The position numbers and the translations under genes were made by a program. DNA of 63,329 nucleotides, counting the filler, from Nitrospirae bacterium MYbin3 (GTDB lineage: Bacteria > Nitrospirota > Thermodesulfovibrionia > Thermodesulfovibrionales > Dissulfurispiraceae): NCBI GenBank assembly GCA_002753335.1. It is 15 parts of 15 records of this genome, joined end to end, with 100 filler letters (N's around TTAATTAATTAA, not from the genome) between each part and the next. Parts side by side here need not be neighbours in the genome. Positions count along the whole stretch, not along the records: positions 7,637 to 14,441 come from PEAD01000051.1; positions 14,542 to 21,172 come from PEAD01000052.1; 13 more parts are not named here. One strand, given 5' to 3'. How positions within the stretch are numbered: position 1 is the first letter of the stretch; each line of letters starts with the position of its first letter. Shown here one piece after another: positions 10,619 to 20,122 of the stretch. The notes under the pieces were generated by a model. That model worked only from the letters and a program-made list of their open reading frames with translations, did no database searches and was not told the DNA's origin.

Positions 10619-10792
10619 TATTTCGATCCCGTTCATGCCGGATGAGCCAATGGCAAAGGCGTGTTTGATTTGGGCGGCATCAGCCGCCACACCGTTGTAC
10701 TTGGCTATAAGGACAAGGCAGTGCAGTCCTGTGTCGTAATGTTCAGACTGATCAGCGCTTGCGCCGCCCCCATTTCCCCCTGTTTCGTTCAT
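10601..10792 (-). pseudogene. hlyB: Truncated N-terminus (C39-like domain) of a type I secretion permease/ATPase, HlyB-like
   Basis: DTGLHCLVLIAKYNGVAADAAQIKH matches the HlyB N-terminus; it stops after 63 aa and lies directly downstream of an RTX gene. Confidence 0.7.
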
Positions 10793-10804
10793 TCAATACT
10801 GCTT

Positions 10805-13800
10805 CTACGGCGCCCAATACTGAGCAAGCACCTGCTGCGTTTCCTGAGGTTTTTGCTGTATGGCCTCGCTCCAGCTGCTCAGGTTGTTGCTTGCTGTAAA
10901 CGTGGCCATCGCCTGTATGAGCTGGCTTACCTGTGTATTCATAAGATGGCTGCCATTTGCAGCTTTGAATGTTTCGGTCTGGTACGCTGTTCCTGAATAC
11001 CAGCTTTGTACACTAACTAGATCTGTTGTGTTATATAGTGATACATTCAGGTTATTGCCAGAAGTAGCGAAGATCAGATCCAAAGGGTTGACGTCAAACT
11101 GCACAATATCTGAATTGCCGACTGTCGAATCATTGTCGGTGATGGTGTCTTGCCCGCCGCCTTTGTTGAATATGTACGTGTCGTTGCCGGTACCACCGTT
11201 GAGAGTGTCGTTTCCTGTGCCGCCAATAAGCGTATCATTGCCTGCATTGCCTGTCAGGGTATTGTTAGCGCTGTTGCCAGTGAGTATGTTGTCAAGAGTA
11301 TTTCCTGTTCCATTGATGGCTGCAGTTCCTGTGAGCGTCAAGTTCTCTACATTGGCACCGAGAGTATAGGTTATCGAACTCTGAACCGTATCAGTACCCT
11401 CATTGGCATTCTCTGTGACTACGTCACCGGTATTGTCTACAACGTAGATGTCGTTGCCTGTACCGCCTTTCATTGTATCTGCCCCAGCTCCACCGTTAAG
11501 CGTATCGTTACCGGCATTGCCTGTAAGTGTATTGATGCCGCTGTTGCCAATCAGTATGTTATCAAGGGTATTGCCGGTTCCGTTTATGGCTGTTGTTCCA
11601 GTGAGTGTAAGGTTTTCTACGTTATTTCCAAGCGTATAGGTTATTGAGCTTTGGACAGTATCCGTTCCTTCGTTAGCGTTCTCTGTAACTACGTCACCGG
11701 TATTATCTACAACATAGGTGTCGTTGCCTGTCCCCCCGACCATGGTATCAGCGCCAGTTCCACCGCTTAGAGTGTCATTACCGGCCCCGCCTGTTAAAGT
11801 GTTTTTGGCAGTATTCCCTGTCAAAACATTATCAAGTGTATTGCCGGTTCCGTTTATGGCTGTCGTTCCGGTGAGTGTGAGGTTCTCTACATTATTTCCT
11901 AGTGTATAGGTTATCGAACTCTGAACCGTATCCGTACCTTCATTGGCGTTCTCGGTTACAACATCACCGGTGTTGTCCACAACATATATATCGTTGCCTG
12001 CTCCGCCGATCATGGTATCAGCGCCTGTTCCCCCACTTAATGTATTTGCCCCGCTGTTGCCCGTAATGACATTATTCAAAGTATTTCCTGTTCCGTTGAT
12101 GGCTGCGTTCCCTGTGAGCGTCAGGTTTTCCACGTTGGAACCGAGCGTGTAGGTGATTGAACTCTGAACAGTGTCAGTACCCTCATTGGCATTCTCTGTG
12201 ATTATGTCACCGGTATTATCTACAACGTATATGTCGTTGCCTGCTCCGCCTTTCATAGTATCCGCGCCAGCGCCACCGTCAAGCGTATCGTTACCGGCAT
12301 TGCCTGTAAGAGTGTTGATGCCGCTGTTGCCAACCAGTATGTTGTCCAGGGTGTTTCCCGTTCCATTGATGGCTGTCGTTCCAGTGAGTGTCAGGTTTTC
12401 TACATTATTGCCAAGTGTGTAGGTTATCGAACTCTGAACAGTGTCTGTGCCTTCATTAGCATTCTCTGTGATTGCATCACTTGCATTGTCCGCAACATAG
12501 ATGTCGTTGCCTGCACCGCCAATCATCGTATCTACTCCGCCGCCGCCGTTTATCGTATCATTGCCTATATTGCCGGTAAGGGTATTGTTGGCGCTGTTTC
12601 CTGTGAGTACGTTGTCAAGTGTATTGCCGGTACCGTTGATGGCCGCAGTGCCTGTAAGCGTCAGGTTCTCTACATTGGCACCAAGCGTATAAGTTACTGA
12701 GCTCTGAACGGTGTCTATTCCCTCGCTGACATTCTCTGTGATGATATCTCCGATGTTGTCAATAATGTACGTATCATCACCAAGTCCGCCAATCAGGGTG
12801 TCGGCTCCGGCTCCGCCATCCAGAATATTCATTGCAGCATTACCGGTCAGAGTGTTGTTTAAAGTGTTGCCCGTTGCGTTTATTGCAGAAGTTCCGGTAA
12901 GGATCAGATTTTCGACGTTAGAGCCAAGTGTGTAGGATACCGTGCTTTGTACTGTGTCCGTGCCTTCGTTAAGGGCTTCCGTCACAATGTCTCCGGCATT
13001 ATCTACGATATACAGGTCGTCTCCAAGGCCGCCGACCATCGTGTCAACACCAGATCCGCCGTCAAGCGTATCATTACCCGCATTTCCTGTAAGAGTGTTG
13101 TTGGCGCTGTTACCGATCAGAACATTGTTCGAGGCGTTGCCGGTGCTATTTATAGTCGAAGAGCCGGTGAGGGTAAGGTTTTCAACATTACTTCCAAGCG
13201 TATAAGTTGCAGAGGAATAAACGGTATCAGTTCCTTCATTCGTGTTTTCGATGACAGCGTCGGATGTATTGTCTACGATGTAAGTATCATTGCCTACTCC
13301 ACCGGTCATTGTATCGGCCCCGGCTCCGCCATCAAGAACATTATCAGATCCGTTGCCGGTCAAAATGTTATTCAAACTATTGCCTGTGCCATTATTTGAA
13401 GAGCTGCCCGTAAGTGTAAGATTTTCAATATTTGCCCCGAGCGCATATGAGATTGAGCTTTGAACCGTGTCCGTCCCTTCGTTTGCATTTTCTATAATCG
13501 CGTCTGATACGTTGTCCACAATGTATGTGTCATTGCCAAGTCCACCGGTCATTGTGTCGATTCCTGTGCCGCCATCAAGAAGATTGTCGTAACTATTGCC
13601 GGTTATTGTGTTGTTTAGTTCATTGCCAGTGCCGTTTATGGCGGCAGTGCCGGTCAGCGTCAGGTTCTCAATGTTAGAACCGAGGGTATAAGTTATCGAA
13701 CTTTGCACCGTATCAATACCTTCATCACTAGCTTCAGTTACGACATCTCCGACGTTGTCCACTGCATATGTGTCATCTCCCGCTCCGCCAGCCATAGTAT

Positions 13801-14441
13801 CCGCGCCGGTTCCGCCGTTTAAAATATTTGCAGCACTGTTGCCAACCAAAGTATTATTCAGGTCATTGCTGGTGCCGTTTATTGCGGAATTACCTGTCAG
13901 GGTCAAATTCTCTATGCTTGCCCCAAGCGTATAAGTGACAGAACTTTGAACGGAATCTGTGCCTTCATTTCCCCATTCGTTAATTATGTCGCCCGCGTTA
14001 TCGACAATATAGGTGTCATTTCCCCAACCTCCAGCCATCGTATCAGCGCCTGTTCCACCATCCAAAATATCATTTCCGGAGTTTCCATAAAGGTTATCAT
14101 TTCCACCGAGACCGTTAAGCACAATGCCATCCCCGTATCCTCTGAGCGTATCATCAGCTTCGGTACCGGTCACGTGTCTTGTCATATCTTCAAGAATGCT
14201 CGATGTCCATACGGTTCCATCTGCAAACCTTACCTGCTCCACTTTGCTGTTGGCCCAATCGAAGTAGCTTTGTACGGCCAGTGTATCGGTTGTCCCGTTG
14301 ATGGACAGGTTGAGATTGGAGGCATTTCTCGTTACCGTTATGTCGTTGGGTGTAATGTCCGGTGCCATCTCTATGGTGTCAGTATCCAAGAGTGTTGTGT
14401 CGTAGTCCACAATGGTGTCCTGTCCGCTGCCCCTGCCGAAC
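10805..14441 (-). CDS. Large RTX/hemolysin-type Ca-binding T1SS substrate (5'-truncated)
   Basis: Dozens of GGxGxDT repeats; C-terminal [11 protein letters not shown]...LAQYWAP secretion-type tail; the frame is open to the contig edge. Confidence 0.92.
11200..14060 (-). repeat. 11 imperfect intragenic tandem units of about 81-90 aa ([44 protein letters not shown]...)
   Basis: I counted 11 [IV]ENL[TI]LTG motifs in the translation; boundaries are approximate. Confidence 0.85.
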
Positions 14442-14542
14442 NNNNNNNNNNNNNNNNNNNNNNNNNNNNNNNNNNNNNNNNNNNNTTAATTAATTAANNN
14501 NNNNNNNNNNNNNNNNNNNNNNNNNNNNNNNNNNNNNNNNNT

Positions 14543-14737
14543 CTGCAACAGCTGCTTGAGGCTGTTTCGAAATATTCTGGAGAGGCGTCCGAAGGAGAAG
14601 AAATAAGCAGGAGAAAAGATGCGGCTGCTGCTGAATTCATCTCTCTGTTTGTCAACAACAAAGGGCTTGAAGATATGATTCAACAAGTGCAGACCAAACT
14701 GAGTGAAATAAAAGAAATGGCTGGTAAACTGTCATGA
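14543..14737 (+). CDS. Helical protein C-terminus, probable magnetosome protein Man5 (5'-truncated)
   Basis: Manual translation LQQLLEAV...QTKLSEIKEMAGKLS*; its TGA overlaps the ATG of the next gene. The Man5 name rests on position only. Confidence 0.45.
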   Translation: MQQLLEAVSKYSGEASEGEEISRRKDAAAAEFISLFVNNKGLEDMIQQVQTKLSEIKEMAGKLS

Positions 14738-15930
14738 AACAGGAACAGACGAGCTATTCAACGAGCGATATGCTCAAGCTGATCAACACCGCGGCGGGCA
14801 ACCTTGTTTTGAGAAAGAGCAAGGTTTCACTTGAGGCGCAGATTCGCAGGCAGCAGGCTGAGTGTGATTATACGAGGGAGCTGCTTACAAGGGCCCGGAA
14901 GATGGTCTCCGGACTTGATCCCGAGATAGTTGCGGCAGAAAAAAGGGCCCGTGAATCAAAAGAACGACTGATGTTGCTTAAGTCTGAGCGTGAGGCATTG
15001 GCAAAGGAGCTTGAGGGCCTCAGGGCAGTAGCAAGAAAAGTTGAAATGCTGAAACAGATAACAGGCAAGGCAGCCACCTTGCGTGAGAGCGTGGAGGCAT
15101 TGCAGAAAAGTCATGACCATGCTCTTTCGTTGCAGAAAGAGAAAAGGGTTTTAAAAGAAGAGATTTCCAGAGAGAGCAATAAAGCTGTTGCTGCGGTGCA
15201 GGAACTAAAGGGAAAAATCGGCGCTGTGCGTGCTTCTCAGGATCGGATTATCGCCCGTCTCTCGGGTTTTGATATTTCGTCCTATATCGCGAAGATTCAA
15301 AAAGATGTGGATGATATGGCAGCGCGTCTGCAGTCCAAGTCTGATGCGATGTCTGTAGAGGAGGAGATAAATCTTCTGGTTGCCTGCCTACAGCAGGCGC
15401 GCAAAACGGATGACATAAGCAGAATATTTGAAGAGACGAGCGCAGAAGAGATGAAGATGTTTGCGGATTTTGCCAAAATCAAGGAAAGCGGTGTTCTTTC
15501 GAGCATCAAGGCAGAGATAAAACGGATGATAGCCTCATTCGATTCATCTGTGCGCAAGGAGCTTTCTTCGCTTGAGGAGAGGAAGCATCTGCTTGACAGC
15601 AAACTCGAAATAACTGAAGAGAGATTGTCCGGGTTGAAGGCCGGTATGGCGCAGACAGAGCAGGAGATAAAGAGCGAGCAGGAGTTCAGGGCCCGTTCTC
15701 AAGCCACCATAAACAAGCTTGAAGAGGACAGCAAGACACAGGCAGCAGAACTCGACAGGCTGAAAAAAGAAGAGGAGCGGGTACATCTGGAGATGGAGTT
15801 CAACAAGGTGTTTATAACCTCTGTTGGCCCCTCGATCGAATATTTGAAAAACATGAACAAGAAGTTGAGCAGCGTTTTTGAGGGCTGCAAGGCAGCATCT
15901 AATAAACTGGCAGGAGCGGTTAAGAAATAG
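14734..15930 (+). CDS. man6: Long coiled-coil (SMC-like) protein, probable magnetosome protein Man6
   Basis: Heptad-rich along its length; immediately upstream of the TauE (mamO-Cter) gene, as in Nitrospirota magnetosome clusters. Confidence 0.55.
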   Translation: MKQEQTSYSTSDMLKLINTAAGNLVLRKSKVSLEAQIRRQQAECDYTRELLTRARKMVSGLDPEIVAAEKRARESKERLMLLKSEREALAKELEGLRAVARKVEMLKQITGKAATLRESVEALQKSHDHALSLQKEKRVLKEEISRESNKAVAAVQELKGKIGAVRASQDRIIARLSGFDISSYIAKIQKDVDDMAARLQSKSDAMSVEEEINLLVACLQQARKTDDISRIFEETSAEEMKMFADFAKIKESGVLSSIKAEIKRMIASFDSSVRKELSSLEERKHLLDSKLEITEERLSGLKAGMAQTEQEIKSEQEFRARSQATINKLEEDSKTQAAELDRLKKEEERVHLEMEFNKVFITSVGPSIEYLKNMNKKLSSVFEGCKAASNKLAGAVKK

Positions 15931-15935
15931 AAAGC

Positions 15936-16856
15936 ATGAAGAAAAACAAAATTTTAATTCTTGGTTTTATCTGTATCTCTCTGGCGCTGGCAACAGTGTG
16001 CGGAAACAGTGCGCATGCCGCAGTATCAGAGCCCACGCATATTCCGATTATGAGCTCCCTTGATGCTCTGATAGTGATAATAACCGGAGTTGCGATAGGT
16101 GCGATAGGCACTCTGGTTGGAGCCGGGGGCGGATTCCTGCATGTTCCGATCCTGCTTATTTTTTACGGCTTCTCGCCGCTGCATGCTATAGGCACCTCAA
16201 CCGTGGCTGTTTTCCTTAATGCCCTGTCCGGAACCTTCTCCTACATTCATCAGGAGCGGATAGATTACGAACTGGGCGTAAAGTTCGCGGTCTTTGCTGT
16301 GCCGGGTGTTTTCATGGGCTCGCTTACCGCCCAGTATTTTAACACTATCGTATTTTCGCTTCTTTTGGCTGCGGTGCTAATGGGCTTATCCTACAGCCTG
16401 CTTTTTTTAAGGCATCTCAAGCTTGTTTGCGCAAATAGTGAGGAAACTGTTCAGACCCGTGTTATAAAGGATTCGGTTGGAGGTGTGCATACATACTCTC
16501 CTGATCTGTCGATCGGGTATGGAGGAAGTTTTCTGGTCGGAATTGTTTCGGGCCTCTTCGGCATAGGCGGCGGGTTGATTCATGTGCCTATGATGAACTT
16601 TATAGGCATACCTATTCATATTGCTGCCGCAACATCACATTTTATCATCACCATCACCAGTTTTTTTGGAATACTTATTTTTATAGGACTAAAGGCGATA
16701 GATTTCGACTATGCGATATTTTTGGGCGTGGGCGTTATACTCGGCGCTTATTACGGTGCGAGGCTGTCTATGCTTGCGTCATCAGAGCTTATTAAAAAAA
16801 CAATTGCCGGTCTGCTGTTGATTGTGGCTGGCCGCTTGATAGTGGGGATTCTATAG
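15936..16856 (+). CDS. mamO: TauE/SafE-family membrane protein, probable MamO-Cter
   Basis: Two G[AI]GGG...VP TauE repeats and multiple TM helices; lies between coiled-coil and HEAT-repeat genes. Confidence 0.7.
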   Translation: MKKNKILILGFICISLALATVCGNSAHAAVSEPTHIPIMSSLDALIVIITGVAIGAIGTLVGAGGGFLHVPILLIFYGFSPLHAIGTSTVAVFLNALSGTFSYIHQERIDYELGVKFAVFAVPGVFMGSLTAQYFNTIVFSLLLAAVLMGLSYSLLFLRHLKLVCANSEETVQTRVIKDSVGGVHTYSPDLSIGYGGSFLVGIVSGLFGIGGGLIHVPMMNFIGIPIHIAAATSHFIITITSFFGILIFIGLKAIDFDYAIFLGVGVILGAYYGARLSMLASSELIKKTIAGLLLIVAGRLIVGIL

Positions 16857-16863
16857 ATATAAG

Positions 16864-16886
16864 AGGTTCTTGCAATGCAAGAACCT
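16864..16886. promoter_or_regulatory. Perfect inverted repeat AGGTTCTTGCA-A-TGCAAGAACCT (operator or RNA hairpin)
   Basis: 11-bp arms with a 1-nt centre, read directly; no U-tract follows on either strand. Confidence 0.6.
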
Positions 16887-16942
16887 TAAAAAGTAAAAAG
16901 TAAAAAGTAAAAAGTAAAAAGTAAAAAGTAAAAAGTAAAAAG
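16887..16942 (+). repeat. Simple sequence repeat (TAAAAAG)x8 running into the RBS of mad23
   Basis: Eight exact heptamers; the last supplies part of AAGGAG, which lies 8 nt before the ATG at 16954. Confidence 0.97.
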
Positions 16943-16953
16943 GAGAACACACT

Positions 16954-18462
16954 ATGGAACAAGAAACAGCGGTAGAACAGAAGAGGACCGGATTTTTGGG
17001 CGGAGTAGCATCAACTATCAATTTCGGAGGCAGAATGGTTGTAAAGACCTATGATCTGGCTTCGAGCGTTGTCGGAACAGCGGCAGACGTTGTGGGAAAG
17101 GGCGCCGGCGCAGTAACATCCACCGCCCCATGTTTCTTCGGCAAGACAAAGGACCTGCTTACCGGCGGGTTCAGGAAAATCTTTGGCAGCAACGAAAAGA
17201 GCGAGCTGAGGTCAAAGATTTCTGAGTACGAGGAAAAGATCAAGAACCTCTATTATGAAATAGGCAAAGAGGGGTCGCACGCAGAAAAAGTTGAATCAGA
17301 AAAGGTTCTGGAACTAATCGGCAAGGTCAGAGACTTTGAGCAGGAGATACAGAGACTCAACACCCAGATTGCAGAGATGAGCGAGCTTGAGGCGTTGCGC
17401 CGCGAAGAGGCAAAACAGGAAAAGGCGAAACCGGCCAAGAAGGTCAAGCTATCGGATGAGCAGGCAGCGGCAGCGGTAAAGGCAGCGATAGATAAGTCCA
17501 TAAAGCATGGTGAGTTTGATTCCGAAAGCCAGAGAGAGATATTTAAAAAGATAGCAAGCGACCTCCTCGATGATGAGATGGAGGTCAAGATATTGGCAGC
17601 CGCAGAGTTGGGCAAGATGGGCGTTAAGCCTGCGGTCGAGATTCTTTTAGAGGCTGTGAAGTTCGAAAATGTTTATTTGGATGCAGAAATAGTAAACGCG
17701 CTGACCAATATCGGCGATGCGAGGGCTATTGGGCTCTGCAAAGATATGGCAAAAAGCCCGAACCACAGGGCGCGTGTCAGCAGCCTGAGGGGCTTGTATA
17801 AGATGGGCTCTGACAGTGAAATAGCGCCTTATCTGCTTGAGGCGCTAAATGACGAGCATCCTGAAGTGCGCAAGAACGCGGCTACTTTCCTCGGATGGAA
17901 GGACATAGCCGATTCTCTGCCCGGACTTGTCCAGACCCTTCAGGACAAGGATGAGTCTGTGAGAAAGGCGGCTGTTACTGCGCTTGCGAACATCAAGGAC
18001 ATATCTTCGGTTCTCCCTCTGATGCGCACCCTTTCGGACGAAAGCATCGATATACGTCGGAAGGCGGTAGAGGCGCTGAAGACGATCACAGGCGAGGAGA
18101 TTAATTTTGATGTTGAACTGCAGGGCAGGTCGTTGACAAACGCCGTTAATAATCTGAAAGACTGGTGGCAGAGCGAGAGGATCAGCAGTATAGATGTTCA
18201 GATAGCCCCTGAGCCTGTTGCCGTATCAGAAAACACAGTGGTGGAAACGGTGTCTGAAACTGCGGCAGAAGTTGAAGCAGAAGTTGAAGATGCCGAGGCA
18301 GAAACTGATGATGAATCAGCATCGACAGAGACCTTCAGAGAGGAAGAGCTGAAACGCAAACTTAAAGGTGAGCTCATAACACTCTGTCTGAATGCGGGCC
18401 TGGAATGCGATGAAACATTAACAAAGGCAGAGTTGATACAGATGCTTTTGAGCAAAAAATAG
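16954..18462 (+). CDS. mad23: HEAT-repeat protein, probable magnetosome protein Mad23
   Basis: N-terminal coiled coil, PBS/HEAT repeats (EVRKNAATFLG, SVRKAAVTALA), acidic linker; synteny with mamO-Cter and three coiled-coil genes. Confidence 0.75.
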   Translation: MEQETAVEQKRTGFLGGVASTINFGGRMVVKTYDLASSVVGTAADVVGKGAGAVTSTAPCFFGKTKDLLTGGFRKIFGSNEKSELRSKISEYEEKIKNLYYEIGKEGSHAEKVESEKVLELIGKVRDFEQEIQRLNTQIAEMSELEALRREEAKQEKAKPAKKVKLSDEQAAAAVKAAIDKSIKHGEFDSESQREIFKKIASDLLDDEMEVKILAAAELGKMGVKPAVEILLEAVKFENVYLDAEIVNALTNIGDARAIGLCKDMAKSPNHRARVSSLRGLYKMGSDSEIAPYLLEALNDEHPEVRKNAATFLGWKDIADSLPGLVQTLQDKDESVRKAAVTALANIKDISSVLPLMRTLSDESIDIRRKAVEALKTITGEEINFDVELQGRSLTNAVNNLKDWWQSERISSIDVQIAPEPVAVSENTVVETVSETAAEVEAEVEDAEAETDDESASTETFREEELKRKLKGELITLCLNAGLECDETLTKAELIQMLLSKK

Positions 18463-18478
18463 ACAGGGGAAGAACGCA

Positions 18479-19024
18479 ATGGTGAAGAGCGCGGAAGAGC
18501 TTACGAACTACAGAGAAGCCCTGCTTGCCGAGAAGGATTCGCTTCAGAAGGATATTGCTGAGGTTGAAAACATTAACTACGAGCTTTTAAGGCAGATCAA
18601 GGAGCTCGAACTGCAGATGCTGGAGAGGAACAAGACCGCGAGGGAACTCTCTTCAACCCTGCATGAGGTTAAGAAGAGTCTTGTCAGGTTTGTTACCGAA
18701 GAGAGCAACCTTAATTCAGAAATGGATATGCTCGAGGCCGAGAAGGGCAGGATTATTGTCTCGTATAACCAGATGTCCCACGAGTGCGGTGACAATATAT
18801 CGAACCTTGGCGGCACTATCCTGAAGATAGACTTTATCAAGGGAGAGATCGAGGCTTTGAAGGCCAAGATCGGCATGACCGAGAAAGAGGCGAGCGAGGA
18901 GTTCAGCGAGCTGGACTCTATCGAAAAGAAGTTCACGTGGGCCTCGAAGTCTTTCACCGAGCTTTTTGATGAGATGAAAGATATAGAAAAAGGCATAAAG
19001 ATTAAATATTACACAAAGGAGTAA
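18479..19024 (+). CDS. mad24: Coiled-coil protein, probable Mad24
   Basis: All-helical heptad pattern; directly follows the mad23 candidate. Confidence 0.6.
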   Translation: MVKSAEELTNYREALLAEKDSLQKDIAEVENINYELLRQIKELELQMLERNKTARELSSTLHEVKKSLVRFVTEESNLNSEMDMLEAEKGRIIVSYNQMSHECGDNISNLGGTILKIDFIKGEIEALKAKIGMTEKEASEEFSELDSIEKKFTWASKSFTELFDEMKDIEKGIKIKYYTKE

Positions 19025-19026
19025 CT

Positions 19027-19752
19027 ATGGAACAGGACGGCAGACAAGTGAGCGACGATGCGTCTGAAGGAGTTGAGGTAAAAGATTGCCCGGATAAAGA
19101 GGGCGGCGATACTTCTGAAGACTGCGCTTTTGCGGCATCCGGTGATCTGGTCGTAAGGGATATTTCGGAGATGAAGGTTCTGGACAACCTGAAGACCGAA
19201 GTCGATACCCTTGACGTTGGAAAGACCATCAAAGACCTTTTTACGAGCATGCAAAACATGGATGTTCAGCTTAACAGCGTCCTTGCTATTAATGCGGCCC
19301 TTGAAAAGGACATAAAGGCCTCCAAGGATGTTATCGCGAAGTTTAAGGCAGAGAGGGATGAGCTTGAACAGACGGTCGTCACGCTCAGGGAAGAGATGCC
19401 TTCAAAGAGGGAGCTAAAGGCAGAGATAGCGCACCTGATCGATGAGCGCAATGAAGCACAAGCTTCAATACGCAGCATGAAGATAGTGGTTGACAAGACC
19501 CTGACCGAATCCAAGGATTTGAGAAACAAGGTGGCTGACCTTGAGAACGAAAAAGCTGACCTGCTGAGGGATATCAGCTATATCGAGCTTAAGCTCAATG
19601 CCGCGCTCGAGAAGCTTAATCTGTATGCAAAGGAGATTACAACTCTTCAGGGCGAGAAGGTGAGCAATCAGGAGAAGATCGATTCTCTTCGCCTGAAGTA
19701 CGACAAGTGCGTTGAAGAAAAAACTGCGCTTCTTGCCGGTAAAAATTTATAG
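19027..19752 (+). CDS. mad25: Coiled-coil protein, probable Mad25
   Basis: Acidic N-terminus then a long coiled coil (QLNSVLAINAALEKD...EMPSKRELKAE); synteny. Confidence 0.62.
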   Translation: MEQDGRQVSDDASEGVEVKDCPDKEGGDTSEDCAFAASGDLVVRDISEMKVLDNLKTEVDTLDVGKTIKDLFTSMQNMDVQLNSVLAINAALEKDIKASKDVIAKFKAERDELEQTVVTLREEMPSKRELKAEIAHLIDERNEAQASIRSMKIVVDKTLTESKDLRNKVADLENEKADLLRDISYIELKLNAALEKLNLYAKEITTLQGEKVSNQEKIDSLRLKYDKCVEEKTALLAGKNL

Positions 19753-19765
19753 GAGGATTATAGCG

Positions 19766-20107
19766 ATGAGCGATAATGGAAATACTCAGACAATGGCTGC
19801 AGAAGCAGAAGTTATTATAAAGGATGAGCCGAAGCAGCAGGATGTAAGCGCCAAGGCAACAACCGAAGCGTTGCAGGAGCCCAAAAAGGATTGGAAGAAA
19901 TCATTCGGCCATGCGGTCCATGAGACAGGAGTGGTGGCGGCCAAGACCGTTGCCGGCGTAGGCGTAGGCGCTGTTGCTGGTGTAGGCGCTGTAGTGGCGA
20001 TAGCAATCGCTGAGGTGACGCTTCCGGCGCTTATGGTATTGAAGATCTGCAGCTTTGCGGGCGGAGCCTTGGGTTTTCTGAAGGGTATAGATAAAAAGCA
20101 GAAATAG
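19766..20107 (+). CDS. Small membrane protein with Gly/Ala/Val zipper, inside the mad cluster (113 aa)
   Basis: AGGAGG RBS at 19751 favours the ATG at 19766; contains AGVGVGAVAGVGAVVAIAI and FAGGALGFL hydrophobic segments. Confidence 0.7.
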   Translation: MSDNGNTQTMAAEAEVIIKDEPKQQDVSAKATTEALQEPKKDWKKSFGHAVHETGVVAAKTVAGVGVGAVAGVGAVVAIAIAEVTLPALMVLKICSFAGGALGFLKGIDKKQK

Positions 20108-20122
20108 AGGGGCATAATAATT

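Noticed and set aside
10860..14497. Many + strand ORFs over the RTX gene
   Set aside because: Antisense shadows of the repetitive Gly/Asn/Thr-rich minus-strand gene.
16864..16886. Hairpin as a Rho-independent terminator
   Set aside because: No U-tract follows it on either strand; kept as a regulatory candidate instead.
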